From Azolla caroliniana (Eukaryota; Plantae; Polypodiophyta), in the NCBI GenBank assembly GCA_043228905.1, contig JBHGNT010000008.1, forward strand, positions 9,238,001-9,302,000: a DNA stretch of 64,000 nt, written 5' to 3'. The notes under the pieces are model-generated. The model saw only the letters and a list, made by a program, of their open reading frames with translations. It was not told the origin of the DNA and did no database searches. Positions 52,501 through 62,938 of this stretch are shown here, piece by piece. The position numbers and the translations under genes were made by a program. Position 1 is the stretch's first letter. Every line of letters begins with the position of its first letter.

Positions 52501-55500
52501 TCAAACCAAGGTAATCCTAGGACAATGGGATGCTCTGGACTACTAATTATATTAAATGATATTACACACACAAAACTACCTAGGACAACTTGAATGGGTT
52601 CTGATTCTTCTACAATATTCCCGGAAGCAATGGGACGACCATCAATGACTACTACAGATGCGGGACAAGGAAGTTTTCTTAAGGATATCTGAGAAGCTTG
52701 GGCAAAATTTCAATCCATGAAACAGGAATTAGCTCCGGAATCTAAAAGTGTTAGGACGGGTACTGGGGGAGTACTTTTAGTACTAACAATGACTTGGGGT
52801 AGGAACACATTGCTAACTTGCTTGGAAGGAATAGAACCACTAATGGGCGGTACAGATCTAGGGCTGCTGTCCAACCAAACGGCTCCTATGTTGGTTGGAC
52901 TCAATCGTTTAACTCTTCATCTAATTGACTAAGGATTTCAAATTTATTTGAGATACTTGGGCTATTAGTACTATGAATACTATCAAACACTCTATTAGTA
53001 CTATTAATACTGTCAGACACTCCTAAGGGAAGAATTGACTCGGGTTTAGTACAAGCTACAATTTGATTTACCTGTCTTCTTGACCTATGGGGACAATTGA
53101 TTGCGATATGCCCTGGTCCATCGCAATAAAGACATAATCGATTTGGACGTCGTCGTTGCTTTTCTTCTTCCGATAACGGGCCGCGTCGACGCATGGTATC
53201 GATCTCCATCGGTGTCCAAGTATTTGCTTGAGGTATGTCTCGTGCAAATGGTCTAGCCGCGACTGCAGCGTAAGTGGGCTCCGGCCTAGCGCGTGGTATC
53301 TGTAATTGACGTTCCGAACGCCGTTCAAAGAGGCGGTTGTCACATCGGACCGCTCGACTGATTGCCTCCGTAAGAGACTTTGGTTCTTCGGGGAAGGTTA
53401 GAAGTAGATCTTTGACATCATTTCGCAGGCCATAGTGAAACTGCTCCATTAGTGCTTGATCATCCCAGGGTATGTCGGAAGCGAGTAGGCGGAAATCCGC
53501 GGCATAGGAAAAGGCTGGACGATCGCCTTGACGCAATCGCCGGATCTTGTTGATCGCCGTCTTGATGCTGTGGGTGTCTCCAAAGCAGGCTTTGAACTCA
53601 CTAATAAAATCTTCAAAGTTATTAAGCAAGGGCAATTGTTTTTCTAGAAGCGGAGCGAACCACGCTAAGGCTGAGCCGCTAAGCAACGTGCCTATTAAGC
53701 CGACTCGGGATGCATCAGTGGGATATCGGGAAGGATGCATTTGGAGGACTAATCGTACCTGATTACGGAATCCCCTGAATTGCGATCGCGTTCCATCAAA
53801 TTTCATAGGAAGTCCAATCTTCGGCTCTTTATGAAATCCTTGGGGACTTGATCCTTGTTGTTGCATCTCCGCTTCGAGTTGTTGCACCCGTAACGCTAAC
53901 TCCCCATGTTGTTGCTGCGTTTGTTGCTTTTCTAGAGCGATTTGTTGCAGATCCCCTATCAGCCGTTGGTTTTCTTGTTCCAGGGCAACAAACTTTTCTT
54001 TTAGGCACTATAACTCGGAGAAAACGGATTGATATTCTTGGGCGCTAACAATAGCCATAGTAGAGGGAAAAGGGTAGGAGGATGAGGGAGAATGACAAGT
54101 AGGCTAGAGGAAAGAGGAAAGAAATTGGTTCAAACTGTCAGGAATAGTACTAAAACAGAGATGGAATTAGTACTAAGAAGAGTAGTACTATTAGTACTAA
54201 GAGGACGGGACTGCGTAAGATTCCCGAGAGAGAGGAAGTGAGAAGAGGAGAGAGAGAGATAAGATGATGACAGCAACTCTTATATTATATGAAAGATAAG
54301 TACAAATCGGCTAAGAGGCTTAAGACTGGTGTTGAACCAATTTGGTTCAACATAATGCCTAGTGCCTTCTTTTATAGTGTTGTCAGGAGTAATCCTGAAA
54401 CTTCTAGAATGTTCCAGAGAAATCCGGAATATACATTACTTTCTTATAATAAAATGTAAATGAAAATAATATCCTATGAATTATAATAGATGGTGTGATG
54501 GTTAAGAGCTCGACCTATATACTATAAGGTCATGGGTTTGAGTCTTGCCATATCCTGACAGACCTTGAGGTAGAGCAGCTGGATGTGAAGACGACATTCT
54601 TTCACGGTGACCTCGAAGAGGAGATCTACATGCAACAACCAGAAAGATTCGTGGAGAAAGGGAAGGAGCACCTGGTTTGCCGGTTGAAGAAGAGTCTGTA
54701 CGGATTGAAGTAGGCTCCCCGACAATGGTACCAGAAGTTTGACTCCTTCATGACCGACCAAGGGTATCACAAAACGCAAACCAATCACTACGTGTTTGTG
54801 AAGAAGTTCGAAGGAGGCGAATTCCTGATACTCCTATATGTGGACGACATGTTGATCATCGGGCGGGACCAAACCAAAATACGGATGCTGAAGAAGGCTC
54901 TAAACCGAACTTTCTCAATGACAGACTTGGGCCCGACAAGATAGATACTGGGGATGCACATCATCCGGGACCGGTCAAAAAGGCAATTGTGTTTGTCACA
55001 AGAGAAATAAGTGACAAAGGTGCTTCAACGGTTCAACATGTTAGAAGCGAAACCGGTCGGATCGACATTCCCAGCAAACTGCAGATTATCCGGTAAGCAA
55101 AGCCCGAAGATGAAAGCAGAGAAGGCGGATATGGTGAAGGTTCCATATGCCTCTACCATTGGGAGCTTGATGTACACAATGGTGTGTACTCGACCGGATG
55201 TTGGATACACAGTCGGAGTGGTAAGCCGGTTTATGAGCAATCTCGGCAAGGAGCACTGGAACGCGGTTTGAATATGTTTCTCCGATTCGGCTCCGGTAAA
55301 CCTCAACTTGACGGCTTTACCGATTCGGATATGTCGGCTGATGTGGATACCAGTCGGTCTATATCTGGGTATGTAATGACATATGCAAGGGGAGTTGTTT
55401 CGTGGCAGTTGTGGCTGCAGAAGACGGTTGCATTGTCAACCATGGAGACGGAGTACATGGCGGCTGGTGAAGCCGGCAAGGAAATATTATGGATGAAGGA

Positions 55501-56354
55501 CTTCATCGGAGAGCTCGATATCCGGCAAGATGAATATTGGCTCTATTGCGACAGTCAAAGTGCCATCCACCTTGCTAAGAACGGTGCGTACCATTCCAGG
55601 ACGAAGCATATTCAGCGCAGGTACCACTGGATCCGGGAGCGAGTAGAAGACTAGGAGTTCATGTTGACAAAGATCCACACGGAGGAGAACGGGTCGGATA
55701 TGTTGACAAAGGGGTTGGCATCCGACAAGCTGGACACGTGTCGAAAGCAGATCAAACTGGTGAGAAAACCCATGCTGGAGTGAAGGGGGAGATTGTTGGG
55801 ATATCAGTCCCTCCGGATGGGATGAACAAGGCCCGGCAAGACCCAGCATCTGCCGGATGATGCAGGCCTAGTGAGGAGTGCTCACCAGATGAAGGGACAT
55901 ATTCATAAATGTCTTCCTAAGAGCCCATTGGGGCTATATTTGTGAATAGCCGAATAGTCATATTAGAATAAATATGACTTAGGGAAAACCTTTGTATGTG
56001 AGTTGGTTGTTTCATTATCATTGTGGCGATAATTCAGAGCGTAACGGTGTACAGGGAGAGAGAGAGAGAGAGAGAGAGAGAGGTTGTTGCCTCTGTTGTA
56101 ACCGCTTGGTGGCGATGCGAGGGAGCGAGAGGTCGTTGTCTCTGTGCCCCATTGTTGTAATCTTGATATAGTGATATTTTGCAGTCTGAGGGCTGCTGTG
56201 GTTTTTCCCATATTTGGGTTTTCCACGTTAACATCTAGTGCACTCTCTTCTTTACTGTTTCGTTTGTAGTTACACCTCTCCACATCCCTGTTTTCTGTGA
56301 TTGATCCGATGTCTCGGCTTTGACCGAGCATACTCGAAGTCAAGTATCCTATCA
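46599..56354 (+). mobile_element. Full-length Tnt1-like copia C (degenerate), carrying gypsy B2 in its RT
   Basis: LTRs 46599-47163 and 55794-56354; perfect TSD AAAGA; PBS tggtatcagagc 47167-47178; PPT gaagggggag; gag-pol 47192-50020 and 54561-55783. Confidence 0.95.
50021..54560 (-). mobile_element. Ty3/gypsy B2 (Tcn1/PEG10-like, sister of B1), 3' internal deletion
   Basis: Perfect TSD GACCT; 5' LTR 54136-54560; partial 3' LTR 50021-~50213; gag ~54058-52901; pol 52904-50226; colinear with B1 at offset 24300. Confidence 0.93.
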
Positions 56355-56618
56355 AAAGAGGGCTTTTGCATGTGTGTTATATGGTGCACATGTAGTACAT
56401 TATATGGTTTCGACTATGCACTATCAATTCAAATAGTATAACATGCAATGTAAAAACACAAATCATGGATATTGGGTAAATGGTAAGGTTTGAGACTTGT
56501 AAGGTAGATGTTGTTGGTTCAAGTCCTCTTGCCAATGGGCTATATTATATGGTTTTATGGTTTAAACCATACAATACTACTTCAAATAAAATAACACATA
56601 TAGTTATTTTTATATATT

Positions 56619-56691
56619 ACAAGTATAGCGCAAATGGTAAGGTTTGAGAGTCATAAGGTGGGTGTTATTGGTTCAAGTCCTCTCTTGTCCA
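56619..56691 (+). other. tRNA-like A/B-box module in the element E LTR (homologs at 43497-43569 and 56466-56534)
   Basis: TAGCGCAAATGG 56626-56637; GGTTCAAGTCC 56670-56680; ends cttgtCCA. Confidence 0.55.
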
Positions 56692-57172
56692 TGTAATATA
56701 ATATAAAATATATATACTTTTTATTTGCCTCTACATATAATGTATAATATTATCATAGTGTGTTGTTAATTTTAGTCCACTCATCCGGAGAGAGGTCAGA
56801 CTATCTGGTTGTTTGGATTCCAAGATGCTTCTCTCTGTTCTGGATTCCACCGGATCATCTACAACAATTGTCTATGGAGAGAAGTACCAAGATGTTGATT
56901 CATCAAAAACAACATCTCGGCTAGCTCGAACCACTTTCGATCGGGGATTATAACACTTATAACCCTTCTATTCATCCGAGTAGCCGACGAGAATGCACTT
57001 TTTGGCTTTCGCATCAAACTTCCTCTGTTTTTCCTTCGGTACATGCACATATTCAATTCTACCGAAGAACAGAAGGTGTGCCAAATTAGGCATCCGCTTG
57101 AGGTACAATTCGTGTGGCGACACCTTTGTCCATGATGCAGATATCTGATTTTGGATGTAGACAGTTGTCCGA

Positions 57173-58409
57173 TGTCACGAAAATACGACAAAGTCACGTG
57201 AACTTGAGGCGGGACCCTGGGGCCTTCAACCAAAGGATACCAAATTCATACGTTTGTATTAAAGAATTAACGAAAATGAGAAAGTTTGAAAATTTTATTA
57301 AAAAAGGAAAAGAAAAATTACTATCTATCCCAAGATTGGGATTACAAAAGTTTTAGTTTATGGAGGTTAATAGATTAAATGATTAAGGTTTATGAAATAT
57401 GGCTTAGATAAAAACTAATTTAGGGATTATCGAGAGATAGCTTAGATAAGAAAAATTAAGGTTCTTGAGTGTTATGGCTTCGATAAGATAAGGGAGCAGA
57501 AAAGGAAAAAAAATAGTAAACTAATTATTTAAGATTAGCTTAATGGTTTGATATAGGAAGATGGACGTATTCAAGAGCTTCCGAACGCATTTTACTACAC
57601 ATGAAACGAACAACTAAATATCAAGTTATGTGAGTATAAAGCTTGAAAGGATTGGGAAAACAAAACTGTGAGATATCCCACATTGATAGGACAACATCGG
57701 ATCCTACATTATATAAGGAGAGCCAGAACCTATTCATTATATCAATGTGTGGAGCATAGAATGTTCAAGGTGATTTGGGTTACACTATGTGAATGAATGG
57801 CTTGGATGGCTTTGGGTCGTGGCTAGATCGGCCACGACACACAGGCACATGCCCACATAGTCTAGCCCAAATCACCTTGGACATTCTGTGCTCCACACAT
57901 TGATATAATGAATATGTTTTGGCTCTCCTTACATAATGTGGGATCCGATGTTGTCCTATCTATGTGGGATATCTCACAGTTTTGTTTTCCCAATCCTCTC
58001 AAGCTTTATACTCACATAACTTGACCGTTTCATGTGTAGTAAAATATGTCCATCTTCCTATATCAAACCATTAAGCTAATCTTAAATAATTAGTTTACTA
58101 TATTTTTTCATATCGTGTGTAAAAAACCCACACGACATCGAATTGCTTTCCCCCAATCAAACTTGGGCATGTTTTTCTCCTCAAGCATCACCCATGCAGC
58201 TTCTACCAGCGTCCTGTTCCGATGTCCTATCTATGTGGGATATCTCACAGTTTTGTTTTCCCAATCCTCTCAAGCTTTATACTCACATAACTTGACCGTT
58301 TCATGTGTAGTAAAATATGTCCATCTTCCTATATCAAACCATTAAGCTAATCTTAAATAATTAGTTTACTATTTTTTTTTCATATCGTGTGTAAAAAACC
58401 CACACGACA
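57173..58409. mobile_element. Solo-LTR-like insertion with an internal fold-back, in copia D integrase
   Basis: Starts TGTCACGA; CACGACA ends at 57839, 58137 and 58409; apparent 4-bp duplication ccga; ~57510-57791 is inverted at ~57853-58105. Confidence 0.6.
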
Positions 58410-58496
58410 CCGAATTGCTTTCCCCCAATCAAACTTGGGCATGCTTTTCTCCTCAAGCATCACCCATGCAGCTTCTACCAGCGTCTTGTTCCGATG
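57954..58496. repeat. ~271-bp direct tandem duplication across the insertion/copia junction
   Basis: 57954-58224 is repeated at 58225-58496, with tccgatgt microhomology at the junction. Confidence 0.9.
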
Positions 58497-60407
58497 TTGC
58501 TCCGATGTGTATCTGCAAGAGAATTCCTGTCGGATTCCCTTGGTCTGCAGATAGCTCGTGAACTGGACGAAAAAGTACTCTTTTCCACCATCTAATCTTA
58601 GACACTTGATCTTTCTTCTGGTCTCACATTCGACAAGGTTCTTCAAATCCCAGAAGCATGAGCAAACTTCGCTTTTCTTCTTGATTAGATAGATCCAAGT
58701 GTGCCGAGTGAAATCGTCAATGACGGAGACAAAATTCTGACTCCCACCGATGCTCACATTTTGTGCCGATCCCCACACAACCGAATGGATGAGATCAAGC
58801 CGATTCCGGCTTCGATTCTTCGTGTTGGGGAATGGAAGCCCATGTTGCTTCTCGAGCTGGCACGCTTCACATATTTGGCCTTTCCGGTCACAGAACTTTG
58901 GCAGTCCGGAAACCACGTGTTTCGACTACTTCGCGTGAAGCTTCCGAAAGTTGATGTGGCTAATCCGCTTAGGCCACATATCAATGTCTGACTCAACCAT
59001 TTGCCCTTTGGCAAACATAGCTGTGCCAACTTCATTCGTCTCGAGGATAAACATCCTCTCGTCTTGGTGCCCTTGCACAATAATCTGGCCCTCTTCCTCA
59101 ATGAAGCATCTGAGATGCGTAAACCGCACCTGCATCCCATGGTCGACGATCTGTCCGACTGACACTAGGTTCTTTGTGATTATCCGGGCGTGAAGCACGT
59201 TCATAAGCTTTCCTTTTTGTCCAACATGACTCAAGGGAACTTCTCCGACATGCACAATCGGGTGAGGAGTGTCGTCTCCGGTTTCGACAACTCCCAGTTG
59301 CTCCCGCTTTTCCGAAAACGAGAACCACTCTTCATGGCCCGTCAGGTGGTTTGATGCTCCAGAGTCAACATACCACAATTCCTCTGATCTGGACGTTATC
59401 TTCTTTGTTGAGTTTGCCTTGTGCTTCATCACAAAGGTTGGCCCTTGTCTGGTCTTTCCAGTTCTGGATCCTTTCGATCCTTCTGTGTAGTACAATCTAT
59501 GTCGGTTTCCTAGTCCCGCTTTACCAGATGTGGATTATTCGAATCGATACGCTTCTTCTAGCACTCGCTCTCTTTGTAATCCTTCCCGCCACAGTACCAA
59601 CATTCCATTGTGGTCTTCTCTCGCCAGCTCCCAGCAACGCCTTGACTCCCCCAACTTGTGGTGGGTCCGGAACTGTCGTCAGCACCATCCTTGTGCCTTC
59701 GGTTCAGCTCTTGTCAGTCGCTTCCACCGCGTGTCGATCTACCTCTGTGTACAACATCCTCGTCTTCCATGACCACGGGGCCGATCCGCCTCCTTGTATA
59801 GCATCCTGTTGTACAGACCACCATCCGGAATGCTCCAAACTTTGACGCCAAGCCCCCGAGACAAACTTGCACCATGTCATCTTCCTCAACGATTACGTTG
59901 ATAGAGGCAAGTGAGTCGCAGATGTCTTTGATCCGGGCCATATAGTTGGCCACCGTCATGTCCTTTTGTCGAACATTGCTCAACTCTTGTCGGAGTTGCA
60001 ACTTCTAGGATGTGGTGCTTGCAGGGATGACCTTCTTGACGTTTCCCCATGCTTCCTTGGGCGTCTTGGTGTCCTGGATATGGCTCAACAGCTGATCGCC
60101 GACACTGGATGCAATGCAATACATAACTCTGCTTGACGCTTGTTCCCAAGTCAGGAAGTCCCTTTGTGCCGCATCAGGTGTCATATCGTTAGCTCCATCG
60201 ACATAACTCCAGTAACCGTGCCCGAGCAGGTTTAGGGTGCATCTTCTACGACCAAGATGCGTAGTTGGATCTATTGAGCTTCTCCGTCGAGAGCGAGCTA
60301 GCCATTCCTCTGTCCATGCTAGCCTTGTTTCCTGTTCTCTACCGAGTGTTAGGGTTTGTCTTCAAAAATCACTCATCGACTGCAAAGGTTCTCAACCCTC
60401 ACACTTT

Positions 60408-62342
60408 GATACCATGTAAAAGAATACGATTACGGAAGCTAAGACAAAACCGGCTCGTCTGGATAGCTAAGCAATATAGACACTGGTTTAATGGAAACCT
60501 TACATAGGAGAGACAGAGAGAGCAGAACAGTAGAAACTTAATTTAAAATAATAACACTCTGTACATACAATGTGGTCAGTGAGCACTTTTATACAAGTCC
60601 TTACACGGACTGACAAAAGTACTAACGTGTACTTCAATGCTCATACGAGCGACTAACACTTACTCCCAGAAATATGCCTACGTACTAGGCTAGATTCGTA
60701 GGCCTCAAACGGCCTACCAGTTCATATCCGATCTGACTCTTGGTTCAAGATACCGATCCGGATACCTATCCAATTCTCTGTTCTAGATATCGATCCGGTT
60801 GTGTCTTATTCAGCCGATCAGGATCTGGTTGAGCTTGTCCGCTCAAAACCAAGGTACTGTCAACTGACAAGCTGGACACATGGTGGAGACGGATCTGTTT
60901 GACGAGACATCCCATGTCGGAGTGAAGGGGGAGTTTGTTGGTCAACCGGTCCCTCCGGATGAGAACCGGACAAGCCGGATCGGACGAGTCAAAAGAAGGA
61001 AGCGGACTGGATGGATCCGGAAGGTATCCAGGAACCGTATTGGATGAATCTGGGAGGTACCCGGCCAAACATATTACTAGATGTGATTGTTTGAGGTCAC
61101 ATTTACCTCGAATAAGAGTAAGATAGTATGAGAGATTGATTAATACTTAATTATATTTATGCATAAAAAAATCTTCGAGTAAGAGAGTATGGAAGATCTA
61201 ATAATACTTAATTATGCTAATAAGAAAGAAAAGCTTAGAGTAAGAGAGTATGAATGACCCTTAATTATCCTTACACATAAGCAAAGTTTAAAATAAGAGA
61301 GTATGAGAGAGGAAACATGGAAGCTTTTTTTTTATTACTAGATCATCAATCTAATTGACTTATTTTGTTACATGATTTTTTTTCTTATATCCCCCTTTTT
61401 CTTAAGAATAGCTCTTATTTATAGGGTTTCTATGGCTTGGTTTTTTTCCCCCTAAAACAATGCTTATCTATATGAGTCGAGTTTTATTTCCATCACTATT
61501 TTTTTTTGTAAGCCCAAATTCGACACATAAGATATTTCTGGAAATTTGTTTGTGTTACCTTTCTTATAAATCTTTTCTTGTCTAATTTGGACATCAGACG
61601 AGAAAATTATGAGTTTTTTTCTCTACCTTGCTCCTCAATTACATGCCTTTGCGTTATTTTTTTATTTTTTTCTACTTTTAAAAAACCGCTTCTATTTTTC
61701 TATCCTTTTATCATTTATTACAAAAGTTGACTTCGCAATATTAGTTTTTCTGAACTACTACTTTATTCTCTTTTCATGGTGGTTTCACACTATGTGTTGA
61801 AAACATCGCGACATCCACCCCCACCAAATCTGCACATCCTTCGGTATGTGCCAATGATTGTTAGTTGATATTGATTATTCTTCTTCAACCTCAATGGTGA
61901 AGGCTATATCATCTAGAGTTTCAATTTCAAGATTTGTGGTCTCTCTTCTCTTTAAGATCTTGATTCCGCCAGTAAGTGCGGATCGTGAGGCGAAACCACT
62001 GGGGTTTTGAACCGGAAGGATTTAGGGCTAAATGATTTATGCACTTTAAGTTTTAAGATGAGATATTTCCCTCAAATAAGAGTAAGATAGTATGAGAGAT
62101 TGATTAATACTTAATTATATTTATGCATAAACAAATCTTCGAGTAAGAGAGTATGGAATATCTAATAATACTTAATTATGCTAATAGGTAAGAAAAGCTT
62201 AGAGTAAGAGAGTAAGCTTAGAGTAAGAGAGTAAGAGAGTAAGAAAAGTTATCCTTACACATAAGCAAAGTTTAAAATAAGAGAGTATGAGAGAGGAAAC
62301 ATGGAAACTTTTTTATTACTAGATCATCAATCTGATGGACTT
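60408..62342 (-). repeat. Right arm (probable source) of the ~1.9-kb inverted duplication
   Basis: Reverse complement of 16675-18599; here the sequence continues into native context on both sides. Confidence 0.92.
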
Positions 62343-62854
62343 ATTTTGTTACATGATTTTTATTTTACCTCCCCTTTTGGGGTATAAGAGTATGAGAGAG
62401 GAAATATAAACTTTTTCTTCATCAAATCCCCATCTATCTCCCTTTCTTCTTAAGAATAGCTCTTATTTATAGGTTTTCTATGGGTTGCTTTTTTTTCTCC
62501 TAAAAAAAGTTTTGTTTATATGAGTCACGTTTTATTTCTATCCTTGTTTCTCTTTTGTAAGCCCAAATTAGACATCAATACATTCTTGGAAAGCTCTTGA
62601 TGTTAGCTTTCTTATGCATCTTTCCTTTTCTAATTTGGACATCGGACGAAGAAATTACAAGCTTTTTTCGTTGCCTTGCTCCTCGGTTCCACGCCTTGCG
62701 TTTTTTTTTTTACTACTTTTGGAAAACCACTTCTATCTTTCTATCTTTTCCTTATTTATTACAAAAGTTGACTTCCCAATATTGGTTTATTTGAACTACT
62801 ATTTTATTCTCTTTTGATTGTGGTTTCACACTATGTGTTGAAAACATTGCGACA
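61102..62854 (-). mobile_element. Non-coding LTR mini-element (TRIM/LARD-like): LTR 62854-61977, 163-bp internal region, truncated LTR 61813-61102
   Basis: Both repeats start TGTCGC(a/g)ATGTTTTCAACACATAG; PBS-like tggcggaatc at 61971-61962; PPT ggtgggggtgga at 61825-61814. Confidence 0.65.
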
Positions 62855-62938
62855 CCGAGCCTAACAGATCAATCCAATCTGATTTGGTTCTCGGCTTCTT
62901 CAGTCGATCCGGCCCAAGTTGAGCTTGCTCGCTCAACA
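62855..62938 (-). mobile_element. Copia LTR 5' fragment
   Basis: tgttgagcgagcaagctcaac start resembles LTR starts at 18159, 33578 and 60848. Confidence 0.55.

Larger units (their letters stand above)
43414..56770 (-). mobile_element. Non-autonomous gag-protease LTR element E; its 5' LTR is split by copia C
   Basis: Partial 3' LTR 43414-43740 after PPT agggggtgga. Degenerate gag 45870-44540 (CMWCDSLKHRLRDC) and protease 44330-43900 (AL.DHGSEIN, YPITLGQPYI). 5' LTR 46251-46598 plus 56360-56770, with 56550-56770 homologous to 43430-43642; PBS-like tgacggttcaacg at 46245-46233. Confidence 0.7.
56772..60848 (-). mobile_element. 5' half of copia D (LTR, PBS, gag, protease, integrase; truncated)
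   Basis: LTR 60415-60848; PBS tggtatcaaag 60414-60404; gag LRQELSNVRQKDMTVANY; protease WYVDSGASNHLTG; integrase CEACQLEKQH, IKCLRLDGGKEY; SH3-like KCILVGYS near 56990. Confidence 0.88.

Noticed and set aside
16675-62342. A giant TIR DNA transposon defined by the 1.9-kb inverted arms
   Set aside because: No TSD, the arms are mosaics of retroelement pieces, and the right arm continues seamlessly into the same LTR sequence.
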